Assembly: GCA_965659745.1 (NCBI GenBank)
Contig: CBFHXF010000002.1
Coordinates: 2,676-66,675 of the forward strand
DNA from: Bacteroidia bacterium
GTDB lineage: Bacteria > Bacteroidota > Bacteroidia > NS11-12g > UBA955
Length of the DNA: 64,000 bases
Direction of reading: 5' to 3'
The notes under the pieces: model-generated
The model's input: only the letters and a program-made list of their open reading frames with translations
Database searches by the model: none
What the model was told of the DNA's origin: nothing
Position numbers and translations under genes: made by a program
In this document: in pieces, positions 38,657 through 46,955 of the stretch
Layout of the letters: each line of letters begins with the position of its first letter
How positions within the stretch are numbered: the first letter of the stretch is position 1

Positions 38657-39490
38657 TTATAAACCTTTTTTAATGTTAAGTATGATGGTACCCGTTTCCC
38701 CACATTTCTCACCATCTTTAATGAATTTCGATTTGCTTAAAAAGTATGCAATTACCGCTTTGGCATTTGCAGAAGTGCCTGAATAATTACCTGACGGTAA
38801 AATACTTTTCACATAAGGAGCACCACTGCAGGGTACGGTAACAGATGCATGAATTTCACCCACGCCATCGGCCTCTACCTTTTTAACATCTGAAGTAATG
38901 GTATGATTCGCAAATCCCTTAGCTGTGTAAAATCCATTTCCAGTATTCCGAGTTATTCTCTTTCCTCCACTTCCAAAAACGCCACCATTATTGGTGGTTC
39001 CTCCAAAACCTACATTGCCCTGGCCGCCTTCAATACCATTTGGATCGCCATTGCCACCTGTACCTGTTCTTTTTCCTATTTTAATTCCCTTCAGTCTAGA
39101 ATTTACAGCTGGAGTTGTACTTGCCGGTGGATCGATAGGTGGTAAGGTCATTTCTTCTGCCGCATCCGTAGTGTTTACAATATCGCCTAAACCGCCGGAA
39201 GGAGTGCTTGGGTTAGGAGTGCTAATAGCTTCAGAGGTTTCTCCGCCACCTTTTGCAGGAGGAAATGCAGAAGGTCCTCCATCGGTTGGGCGGCCATAGG
39301 AAACTTCTTCCAAACCGAAATCGAGCATCAATTCACCATTCTTAGTTTGAAATGGTGGATTAGGAACACGTATGTGTAAATAATACATCAAGAAGACAAT
39401 GATACACGTTATGACCGCGCTAATCCCCACTGACGCCCATTTCTCTTTGGAGGAGGTTTCTAAATGACTATCGATAACGTAATTTCTCAT
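38657..39490 (-). CDS. membrane-anchored Pro/Gly-rich protein, TonB-like architecture
   Basis: 277 aa with one N-terminal TM (VGISAVITCIIVFLMYYL), a Pro-rich then Gly/Asn-rich spacer, and a small C-terminal globular domain. The canonical TonB C-terminal motif is not clearly recognisable. Confidence 0.4.
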   Translation of the reverse strand: MRNYVIDSHLETSSKEKWASVGISAVITCIIVFLMYYLHIRVPNPPFQTKNGELMLDFGLEEVSYGRPTDGGPSAFPPAKGGGETSEAISTPNPSTPSGGLGDIVNTTDAAEEMTLPPIDPPASTTPAVNSRLKGIKIGKRTGTGGNGDPNGIEGGQGNVGFGGTTNNGGVFGSGGKRITRNTGNGFYTAKGFANHTITSDVKKVEADGVGEIHASVTVPCSGAPYVKSILPSGNYSGTSANAKAVIAYFLSKSKFIKDGEKCGETGTIILNIKKGL

Positions 39491-39494
39491 GATA

Positions 39495-40700
39495 TTAACG
39501 CAAGTTCCAACGGGTCATACTCAAATTTGCATTTGATATGGTTTTAATTGTAACGCTGTATTCCGTTGCTTCTTCTTTTGTTGCAAATCTTCCTAAGACT
39601 ATTCGATAAAAACTAGAATTTTGAGGCTTAAATATGGCGGCAGGTGTTCCTTGTCTAATCCATTGTTGACATTCTATCTTCGCAGCATTTGGGGTAAGAT
39701 ACGAACCACTAACCAGGAAAAAGCTCCCTTGTTTCTGATCTAATAAGTAAGTTTGATATACTTCAGCGTCTAGTAAGTTAAGTTCTCTGCTGAGCTTATC
39801 ATCATTTGCAACATCAGAATCAAGAGAAGTGCTTTCGGGAGCATTCTGATAGAGGGGATTTTCTTTATTTTCTGACTCTATTTTCACGAGCCTTCCGTTG
39901 ATATAAACAAACGAAGATTTATTTGCACTGGTCAGGTTTGCAGCATCTGACTCAGTTTTTAAATCGTCAGTCTCTGTTTTGGCAGTTGAACTAATTACTG
40001 GATTTAAACTCGCGTATGCTTGTTTTTCTTGATAAGCTCCAACCCATGTAAGACTCGCTATTGTGAGGGTAAGCGCAGAAACGGATATAACGGCAAAACT
40101 TGCCGCAATGTTCCACCACACGTTTGCCTGCTGCTTTTTTTCTATAGATTCAATGTGTTCTTCAGAAACCGCAACAATTTGTGCTTCCTCTGTTTCTGCT
40201 TGAGGTGCATTGGTGGAAGGATGATGCGGGTTTAGACTATTTTTGGAAACGCCAAACGGCTTAATTTCAGCAATTATCTTTGAATCCCATTTTAAAGGTT
40301 GTAAACCGTAATTAGGAAGGTGCAAATTGAACTGTTGACGTGCTACGAAAAACACACCTTTATTTTCATTTTGAAAAAAATTCCCAAAAGGAAAAAACGT
40401 AGCATAGCGTTTTTGTTGCAGTTGGATATTCAATTCGCTCACTATCGATTCAATTTGAAGCATCGCCTCTTTGTAACTGATGCCTTGAGAAACAGATAGT
40501 AAATGAGCTAATTGTCCGTCATTTTCACTCAATTGGGCATTGAAAACCAATTGAGAGTGTGTAGGCTTTAATTCTTTGGTATACGCATTAACGGTTGAGT
40601 CGGCCGGACGTAACAAAAAGCCTCCCAAACGGGGAATGCAAGCGAACTGATCGCGTAGCAGTAGTTCTTGTATGGCTGTATGTAGACCCAAATTAGGCAT
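39495..40700 (-). CDS. HU-CCDC81-like N-terminal domain / TM / C-terminal SPOR-domain protein
   Basis: The N-terminus LLLRDQFACIPRLGGFLLRP is typical of bacterial HU-CCDC81 domains. A mid-protein TM (WWNIAASFAVISVSALTLTIASL) follows. The C-terminal SPOR-like segment reads FFLVSGSYLTPNAAKIE...YRIVLGRFATKEEATEY. Confidence 0.6.
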   Translation of the reverse strand: MPNLGLHTAIQELLLRDQFACIPRLGGFLLRPADSTVNAYTKELKPTHSQLVFNAQLSENDGQLAHLLSVSQGISYKEAMLQIESIVSELNIQLQQKRYATFFPFGNFFQNENKGVFFVARQQFNLHLPNYGLQPLKWDSKIIAEIKPFGVSKNSLNPHHPSTNAPQAETEEAQIVAVSEEHIESIEKKQQANVWWNIAASFAVISVSALTLTIASLTWVGAYQEKQAYASLNPVISSTAKTETDDLKTESDAANLTSANKSSFVYINGRLVKIESENKENPLYQNAPESTSLDSDVANDDKLSRELNLLDAEVYQTYLLDQKQGSFFLVSGSYLTPNAAKIECQQWIRQGTPAAIFKPQNSSFYRIVLGRFATKEEATEYSVTIKTISNANLSMTRWNLR

Positions 40701-40721
40701 TAACGCAAATATACACCAAGT

Positions 40722-42428
40722 TTAGAATAATCCAAGGCTTATTCCTCCCATTACTGTGAGTCCCCAAACCTGATATCCATTCCAATATTGATATTTATTA
40801 TTCAACAAATTCGAACCTTGAATCCAAATACGTCCCTTGCCAATAAAGCGATAATCAACGCGTGCAAAGAGATCGGTAAATCCAGCAACTTCCTTTTCGC
40901 TTAAACGTCCGTTTGCATCATAAATTTGATCAAAACGTCGGCCCACACCTTGGGCGCCAAACTCTAACTTTAGATCTTCAATGGGTTTGTAACTGAATTT
41001 GGCATGGTATTCCATGCTAGGAAGGTGAAGTACCTGATTGTCGGCACCAAAATTTGTGATTTTAATGTTGGCAATAAGTTTGAGCTGATCACCCAAAATA
41101 TACTCCGCACCAGCACGAAAATAAATACTTGAAATATCACGATAAACCGCTTTTAATGGTCGCAAAGCTGCGTCACTCGCATTCTTTACAGCAGTATCGG
41201 GCATTTGTGCGAACATTAACATATCGGCAACGGTATTTCCCCCAAAATCTATATGAAATAATGAATTTTCTGATATTTTACCTTTAATACCCAAGTAGCC
41301 GTTGATTTGATCATAGGTGTTTAAAATGGTATCATTGAGCCCGTAATACGGCATCATCTCATGGATTCTTCTTAGGGAAGTTTTCCTAAGTCCTCCATCT
41401 ATACCTCCATAAAGATTCATTCCTAATTCTGATATTCCTTTTTCCACATACACAAAAGGATTGACTTTCAAGTTGCTGGCATCTTGGGTACTGTGTTGAT
41501 TATAAGTCAGATTCACCCCGATTTGAGCATCTAGATTAGTGGGTTTATGAAAAAATTGAACTTTCGGATTGAAATCAACAAAAAGCTGTTGTGCCCGAAA
41601 GGCAAAGTCGGTTCCTTTTTGAGTTTGATAATCGAAAAAAGTAAAGGCAAGGTCTCCAAAAAGAGAAAATTTCTTGTTTCGCGATAAAAATTTAAGCGTG
41701 CTGTTAATTTCAAGTTCTTCGTGACCCGCATTGGTCTGAAACATTTGTGCAGTATTTAGCCATTTTACTTCAGGTAAATTGCGCTTTTCCAAAAATAGAT
41801 AGTCAATATGCATTCCGTAATGCTGTGCAATTTTACCATTTCGTGCCAAATCGCCTACTAACGTAGAGTCTGTTTCTCCCAAAGTCGTATCGAGTAAATT
41901 ATAATAGGTATGTTGGTCTCTATTGTAAAAGAGATTGGCATTGAGACTGGAGTTTTCAAAATAACGCGCTCCATTCATTTGAAGGCGGGTTTGACCTATC
42001 ATTTGATTGTTTTTTGGCGTATTGCCTTGCAAGTGTAAGGCGCTTAAATTATACGACCATTGTCCATTGGGTCGATTGGAAAGAAAAATTTCTCCTAGCA
42101 AATGTCCGTTATTACCACCTCCTAATCTCGCGTAATTAGAGAGGTATATACTGTCTTGATTGGATTCTTTTACTATATCAGGTTCTACGGTTAATAGATG
42201 TTTTGCCGTTTCCCAATTATAGGTTGGTGTGGAAAAGTCAAGCTTAATTTTGGGCATTTCCGACGTCGGAACTTCTGGTTCGATACGGATTTTACTTGCA
42301 GGTAGTAAACGTATATCGGTTCCTGAAATCACATCCCGCGAGCTATTATCGAAGCCCGACGGACGTTCTACTTGACCCTTTAACCAACTTCCGCTAGCCA
42401 AGGCGAGCACTAACATCGCTTTTTTCAT
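40722..42428 (-). CDS. outer-membrane beta-barrel protein, function unknown
   Basis: Signal peptide MKKAMLVLALASGSWLKGQ, alternating beta-strand pattern throughout, and a C-terminal ...GGISLGLF ending in Phe. No plug or TonB box is recognised. I trimmed the start from 42470. Confidence 0.5.
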   Translation of the reverse strand: MKKAMLVLALASGSWLKGQVERPSGFDNSSRDVISGTDIRLLPASKIRIEPEVPTSEMPKIKLDFSTPTYNWETAKHLLTVEPDIVKESNQDSIYLSNYARLGGGNNGHLLGEIFLSNRPNGQWSYNLSALHLQGNTPKNNQMIGQTRLQMNGARYFENSSLNANLFYNRDQHTYYNLLDTTLGETDSTLVGDLARNGKIAQHYGMHIDYLFLEKRNLPEVKWLNTAQMFQTNAGHEELEINSTLKFLSRNKKFSLFGDLAFTFFDYQTQKGTDFAFRAQQLFVDFNPKVQFFHKPTNLDAQIGVNLTYNQHSTQDASNLKVNPFVYVEKGISELGMNLYGGIDGGLRKTSLRRIHEMMPYYGLNDTILNTYDQINGYLGIKGKISENSLFHIDFGGNTVADMLMFAQMPDTAVKNASDAALRPLKAVYRDISSIYFRAGAEYILGDQLKLIANIKITNFGADNQVLHLPSMEYHAKFSYKPIEDLKLEFGAQGVGRRFDQIYDANGRLSEKEVAGFTDLFARVDYRFIGKGRIWIQGSNLLNNKYQYWNGYQVWGLTVMGGISLGLF

Positions 42429-42565
42429 TGGAATCAAATATCCGTTAAAATCAAAGGAGGCTATCGACATTATTTAGATGTGTCTATATTTGAACACGAT
42501 TTAAAAAAAGAGTCAAATCAGTCAATTATTTTTTGTGTACAGTTTGATAACCTCGAAAAAATGTG

Positions 42566-42573
42566 TATTTTTG
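42566..42573 (+). promoter_or_regulatory. -7 promoter box (TATTTTTG) for rplU-rpmA
   Basis: Matches TAnnTTTG 18 nt upstream of the ATG at 42592. This supports the shorter rplU start. Confidence 0.5.
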
Positions 42574-42591
42574 CAACCCAATTTTGCTGAT

Positions 42592-42900
42592 ATGTACGCA
42601 ATAGTAGAAATAGCTGGAAGACAATATAAGGTTGAAGAAAACTCTTACTTGGTTGTCAATCGTTTAAATGCCGAAGCAGGTTCGAATGTCGAATTTGATA
42701 AGGTATTGTTCATTGGTGGAAATGCCGTTAAAGTAGGTAATCCAACCGTAGAAGGAGCCAAAGTTTCCTGCACCGTAGAAAGTCACGGTCAAGGCGATAA
42801 GGTTTTGGTTTTCAAGAAGAAACGCAGAAAAGGATATGCTAAGAAAAACGGTTTCCGTCATTCTTTAACTCGTTTAAAAATCCAAAGTATCACCGCATAA
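42592..42900 (+). CDS. rplU: 50S ribosomal protein L21
   Basis: Canonical N-terminus [15 protein letters not shown] trimmed the ORF-track GTG start (42535). Confidence 0.95.
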   Translation: MYAIVEIAGRQYKVEENSYLVVNRLNAEAGSNVEFDKVLFIGGNAVKVGNPTVEGAKVSCTVESHGQGDKVLVFKKKRRKGYAKKNGFRHSLTRLKIQSITA

Positions 42901-42919
42901 CTCTTAAAAGAAATTAACC

Positions 42920-43177
42920 ATGGCACATAAAAAAGGAGCAGGTAGTAGTAAAAACGGTCGCGAATCGCATAGTAAGCGATTGGGCGTTAAAATTTACGGA
43001 GGTCAAATCGTAAGAGCCGGTAATATTATCGTGCGTCAGCGCGGTACTAAACACCATCCCAACACCAATGTGGGTATCGGTAAAGACCACACACTTTTCG
43101 CTTTAAGCGATGGTATTGTGCGTTTTCGTAAAGGTAAAGACGGTCGTAGCTTTGTTTCTGTAGAAGCACAAGCCTAA
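42920..43177 (+). CDS. rpmA: 50S ribosomal protein L27
   Basis: 85 aa with [16 protein letters not shown] and IVRQRGTK. Confidence 0.95.
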   Translation: MAHKKGAGSSKNGRESHSKRLGVKIYGGQIVRAGNIIVRQRGTKHHPNTNVGIGKDHTLFALSDGIVRFRKGKDGRSFVSVEAQA

Positions 43178-43195
43178 GATTCACCATACAAATTA

Positions 43196-43228
43196 TAGCC
43201 GTCGATACACATCGACGGCTTTTTTTAT
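43196..43228 (+). terminator. rho-independent terminator after rpmA
   Basis: A 10-bp stem pairs agccgtcgat with atcgacggct, followed by a T7 run. Confidence 0.8.
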
Positions 43229-43245
43229 TTAATACATACAAATCA

Positions 43246-43767
43246 ATGAAACCCACCGTAGAATTTAAAAATCCCAAAGATTCGCTCACCTTTATGAATG
43301 AATTGGTACTCCCTAACGACACCAATACTTTAAATAACCTAATGGGCGGGAGGATGTTGCATTGGATGGATATTTGTGCGGCCATGGCGGCTCAAAAACA
43401 TAGTAATAGGATAGTGGTTACCGCGGCCGTAGATAGTGTATCTTTCAGAGAATCTATTCGTTTGGGAGACGTAGTGTCCTTAACCGCTTATGTTACCCGT
43501 TCCTTTAAATCGAGTATGGAGGTTTTCATTGAAGTGTATGCCCAAAATATCCCAACGGGTGAAAAAATAAAATCGAACGAAGCCTATTATACTTTCGTTG
43601 CCCTAGATTCCCGACATAGACCAGTTCAAGTACCACAGTTACAACCAGAAACCGAACAAGAACAAGAAAAATTTAACGGCGCATTAAGACGCAGGCAAGT
43701 GAGACTAATTTTGGCTGGAAAAATGAAGCCCGAAGATGCACAAGAATTGAAAAACTTGTTTTTGTAA
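43246..43767 (+). CDS. acyl-CoA thioesterase (hotdog fold, YciA/BFIT-like)
   Basis: 173 aa with LVLPNDTNTLNNLMGGRMLHWMDICAAMAA and VTAAVDSVSFRESIRLGD, as in type-II acyl-CoA thioester hydrolases. Confidence 0.8.
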   Translation: MKPTVEFKNPKDSLTFMNELVLPNDTNTLNNLMGGRMLHWMDICAAMAAQKHSNRIVVTAAVDSVSFRESIRLGDVVSLTAYVTRSFKSSMEVFIEVYAQNIPTGEKIKSNEAYYTFVALDSRHRPVQVPQLQPETEQEQEKFNGALRRRQVRLILAGKMKPEDAQELKNLFL

Positions 43768-43895
43768 TACTTTTTTATGGGGGATAACCCGGATCAATTA
43801 GGCTTTATTTTGGTATAACATACCAATTCGTAATTAACCGGTTGTATCCCTACCCAATCTTTTAGATTGGAGTAGATGTCAAATGAGCATTTCCT

Positions 43896-44840
43896 CTAAA
43901 TTAATCCAATTTCTCTTAATCGCTGCATCAGAAACTCATTAGCAGAACAATCCTCATATTTTTTAGGATGTTCTTCACTGATACAAGAAGACAAACAATC
44001 AAGTCGGGCTTCAGGTCGCGGATGCAGGAAAAAAGGAATGCTAAAGCGTGGTTCTGACCATTTATGTTGAGGCGGATTTACCACCCGATGAGTGGTGCTC
44101 TTCAATCGATCATTGGTAAGTCGCTGTAACATATCGCCTACATTAACCACTATATGATCTTCTACTTCGGTAATTCCTATCCATTCCCCTTGCCGATTAA
44201 GTACCTCAAGTCCATCTGCGCTAGCCCCAACCAACAATGTAATTAGATTTATATCCTCGTGCTCTCCAGCGCGAATGGCATCTTTTGGATCGGATGTTAT
44301 GGGAGGGTAATGAATGGCCCTTAAAATAGAATTGCCATTATATACCTTGTCATCGAAATAATGCTCGTCTAAATCTAAAAAGAGCGCAATGGCCCGTAGC
44401 ATGTGCAATCCGGTTTGCTCAAGTGATTTATACAAAAGCGCTCCATATTCATTGAAGGAAGGAAGTTCTTTTACATTCTTATTTGGGCGAAATTGAGGCG
44501 GATTGGGGTCGTTCGCATCAATGTATTGTCCGAAGTGCCAAAACTCTTTTAAATCGCCTGCATTGCGGTCTTTAGCATGTTCTTTTCCGAATCCCGTATA
44601 CCCGCGTTGACCTCCACCTTCCGTATCGTCATATTGGTCTTTTATTTCCTGGGGAAGCCCAAAAAACGCCTCAACATTTTGATATAAAGCCTTTAAGTCA
44701 CTTTCGGGAATGCCATGATTTTTTATCGCGACAAATCCAATTTCTTCATAGGCATGACCCAAAGATTGAACAAAGTTGATTTTATCTGATTCCGTTCCAT
44801 TGATAAATGACGATAGATCGAGCTTAGGGATCATTTTCAT
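43896..44840 (-). CDS. 2-oxoglutarate/Fe(II)-dependent oxygenase (isopenicillin N synthase family)
   Basis: 314 aa with the facial triad context HEDINLITLL ... STTHRVVNP and a DIOX_N-like N-terminal half. Confidence 0.8.
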   Translation of the reverse strand: MKMIPKLDLSSFINGTESDKINFVQSLGHAYEEIGFVAIKNHGIPESDLKALYQNVEAFFGLPQEIKDQYDDTEGGGQRGYTGFGKEHAKDRNAGDLKEFWHFGQYIDANDPNPPQFRPNKNVKELPSFNEYGALLYKSLEQTGLHMLRAIALFLDLDEHYFDDKVYNGNSILRAIHYPPITSDPKDAIRAGEHEDINLITLLVGASADGLEVLNRQGEWIGITEVEDHIVVNVGDMLQRLTNDRLKSTTHRVVNPPQHKWSEPRFSIPFFLHPRPEARLDCLSSCISEEHPKKYEDCSANEFLMQRLREIGLI

Positions 44841-44947
44841 TGGGCGAATTTAATAAAAATTAAAGAGAATATGAGTTGAATTAGCATTTCAACAGTACTG
44901 ACAACAAAGTTACAATTTAAATGAAGGGTGAGGGGAAGAGGGAGTAA

Positions 44948-45181
44948 TCAGAAAGTAGGATTTTCTTGGTGCAGGCTTTCTTCTAAAATAATGGAAATTG
45001 TGGTTTTAGAAGGAATATTTGACTCTACAATTAGGCAATTATCAATGTCGGATAACAGTTTTAAATAATCCTGCCATTGGGGATTATAAGAAATTTGAGC
45101 CAAAATATGGTTGTGGATTTCTGGCTCAACTTCCTTATAATGAAATAGTAATAAGTCGTTTTCAGTAATAATTCTATCCAT
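44948..45181 (-). CDS. small hypothetical protein downstream of ECF sigma gene
   Basis: 77 aa, acidic, with no TM or signal peptide and no motif I recognise. It sits 43 nt after the sigma stop. Confidence 0.4.
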   Translation of the reverse strand: MDRIITENDLLLFHYKEVEPEIHNHILAQISYNPQWQDYLKLLSDIDNCLIVESNIPSKTTISIILEESLHQENPTF

Positions 45182-45224
45182 ATTAGGGGCGTTTGTTCCC
45201 TATAATAACGCCCGGAAATAAGGA

Positions 45225-45806
45225 TTATTTTATCTTAACTGAATTTTTTTCGGAAAACTTCCTAAGATTGGTAAGAGCATAATGCATACGGCCGATGCAG
45301 GTATTGATATTTGTATCAGTTATGGCGGCAATTTCCTTGAAGCTAAGTTGGGCGTAACTCCTAAGAATTAGCACTTCTTTTTGCTCTTCAGGAAGCATTT
45401 TAATCCATGCATATAACTCATTATGTTCCTCTTGTTCGATGCGAATATCTTCTTGTGATTTTTCAGCAATGAATAATGTTTCGAACAAGTCGCTGCCATC
45501 AGATGTTACTACAGTAGGCATGCGTTTTTTTCTTCTCAAACTATCAATTGCCATGTTGCGGGCAATTCTTAACGCCCATGGCAAAAATTTATCTTCATGG
45601 TTGTATTTTCCTCGTTTGATATTGTGAATTATTTTGATGAACGTTTCCTGGAAAATGTCTTCTGCCAAATAGGAGTCGTTAACAATATTCATTACACTGC
45701 CGTAAATACGGTCTTTGTGGCGATTGACTAAAATTTCAAAGGCCGCTGTGTTTCCTTCGACGTAACGCTTGATTAAAACGCCATCTGCGATGCATGTGTT
45801 TGCCAT
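45225..45806 (-). CDS. ECF-type RNA polymerase sigma-70 family factor
   Basis: 193 aa with region 2 (FEILVNRHKDRIYG ... EDIFQETFIKI) and a region 4 HTH (LSFKEIAAITDTNINTCIGRMHYALTNLRK). Confidence 0.85.
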   Translation of the reverse strand: MANTCIADGVLIKRYVEGNTAAFEILVNRHKDRIYGSVMNIVNDSYLAEDIFQETFIKIIHNIKRGKYNHEDKFLPWALRIARNMAIDSLRRKKRMPTVVTSDGSDLFETLFIAEKSQEDIRIEQEEHNELYAWIKMLPEEQKEVLILRSYAQLSFKEIAAITDTNINTCIGRMHYALTNLRKFSEKNSVKIK

Positions 45807-45812
45807 AATAGT

Positions 45813-45820
45813 ACCTCCTT
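45813..45820 (-). promoter_or_regulatory. strong Shine-Dalgarno (AAGGAGGT) with 6 nt (ACTATT) between it and the sigma-factor ATG
   Basis: Read on the minus strand: cctAAAGGAGGTactattATG. Confidence 0.6.
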
Positions 45821-45921
45821 TAGGTTAAAGTTAAACGTAAGTTTTTTTAGGTAGTATTTTGGCTTATAGGCGTTTCTAGATATTTGTTGAAACGCAAGAA
45901 AGACAAGATTTTTGATTATTG

Positions 45922-45929
45922 CAAATTTA
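45922..45929 (-). promoter_or_regulatory. -7 promoter box (TAAATTTG) for the sigma-factor gene, overlapping the fmt stop codon
   Basis: Matches TAnnTTTG and implies a 5' UTR of about 110 nt. Confidence 0.4.
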
Positions 45930-46850
45930 TTTTGATTTTTTTTTCGCAAATCCATTTAAAAAATCCACATCGCTCATCTTGGATTTGCCCGACAACTGAA
46001 GCGTTAATACTTTTAAAGCACCTTCATTAAAAACAATGACAAGTGATTTTTCATAAATGCCAACTCCCAATCCCATAGAATCCGTTGATTCGAATAACTC
46101 AGCTTGGAATATTTTCATGTCGCCCCATTGAGATTCAATCCAGGCTCCCGGATATGGGGAAAGTCCTCGTATTTTATTTAGCGCATCTTTAGAATTCATT
46201 TGAAGACTAAGGCGACACGTTTCTCTTGTGATTTTTGGAGCTATTTTAGACGATATACCTTTGTTAATTTGTGGAATTGTTGGCGTGTGTTTACCGAATT
46301 GGGCAATCTTTTTTAGGGTTTTAACCATCAATTCGCCACCGTTTTCCATCAGTAAGTCGTGCAAAACTCCGGCATTCATATCCGATGTGATCTCCATGGA
46401 AGCTTGATCTATTATATCACCTGTGTCAATTTCATGTTTTAAGAAAAAGGTACTCACTCCTGTGGTAGTTTCACCATTTATAATGGCATGTTGGATGGGA
46501 GCCGCCCCTCTGTAATCAGGTAATAATGAAGCATGTAAATTGACCGTACCTAAAGGCGGGAAGTTCCACACTTTTTCCGGCATCATTCTAAAGGCTATAA
46601 CCACACCTAAATCCGGGTTCCATTCTTGTAGTTGCCTTGCAAATTCATCAGATTTTAAATTAGTGGGCTGAGAAACAGGTAATCCTAATTTATCGGCTGC
46701 AATCTTCACGGCGCTCGATTGTACTTTTTGTCCCCTTCCAGCGGGTTTGTCTGGGGCCGTTACTACTCCCACTACTTCAAATCCAGCTTGGGTAATTTTA
46801 TTTAACGAGTTCGCAGCAAATTCGGGGGTCCCGTAAAAAACAATTCTCAC
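45927..46850 (-). CDS. fmt: methionyl-tRNA formyltransferase
   Basis: 307 aa with RIVFYGTPEFA and HASLLPDYRGAAPIQHAIINGE. The start codon is GTG, and an in-frame TAA lies 4 codons upstream. Confidence 0.93.
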   Translation of the reverse strand: MRIVFYGTPEFAANSLNKITQAGFEVVGVVTAPDKPAGRGQKVQSSAVKIAADKLGLPVSQPTNLKSDEFARQLQEWNPDLGVVIAFRMMPEKVWNFPPLGTVNLHASLLPDYRGAAPIQHAIINGETTTGVSTFFLKHEIDTGDIIDQASMEITSDMNAGVLHDLLMENGGELMVKTLKKIAQFGKHTPTIPQINKGISSKIAPKITRETCRLSLQMNSKDALNKIRGLSPYPGAWIESQWGDMKIFQAELFESTDSMGLGVGIYEKSLVIVFNEGALKVLTLQLSGKSKMSDVDFLNGFAKKKSK

Positions 46851-46854
46851 GCAG

Positions 46855-46862
46855 CAAAGTTA
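46855..46862 (-). promoter_or_regulatory. -7 promoter box (TAACTTTG) 4 nt upstream of the fmt GTG start
   Basis: The sequence reads TAACTTTG-ctgc-GTG. Confidence 0.4.
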
Positions 46863-46955
46863 AGTGACTTTTTTTTGCAATTATTACAAAAACAAGCCTA
46901 TCGGTATTGTGCGAGCCAACAAAATTGACGAATTTCACGTCTGTATTAACCAAAG

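Noticed and set aside
38991-39299. 102-aa plus-strand ORF (and 38903-39145) antisense to the TonB-like gene
   Set aside because: These Pro/Gly-rich antisense ORFs are the expected mirror of a Gly/Pro-rich coding region. They show no independent signals.
42453-42460. aaaggagg on the plus strand, resembling a Shine-Dalgarno
   Set aside because: The nearest downstream ATG (about 42478) is too far away and opens only a roughly 9-codon ORF. The motif sits in the upstream region of a minus-strand gene, so it looks like a chance occurrence.
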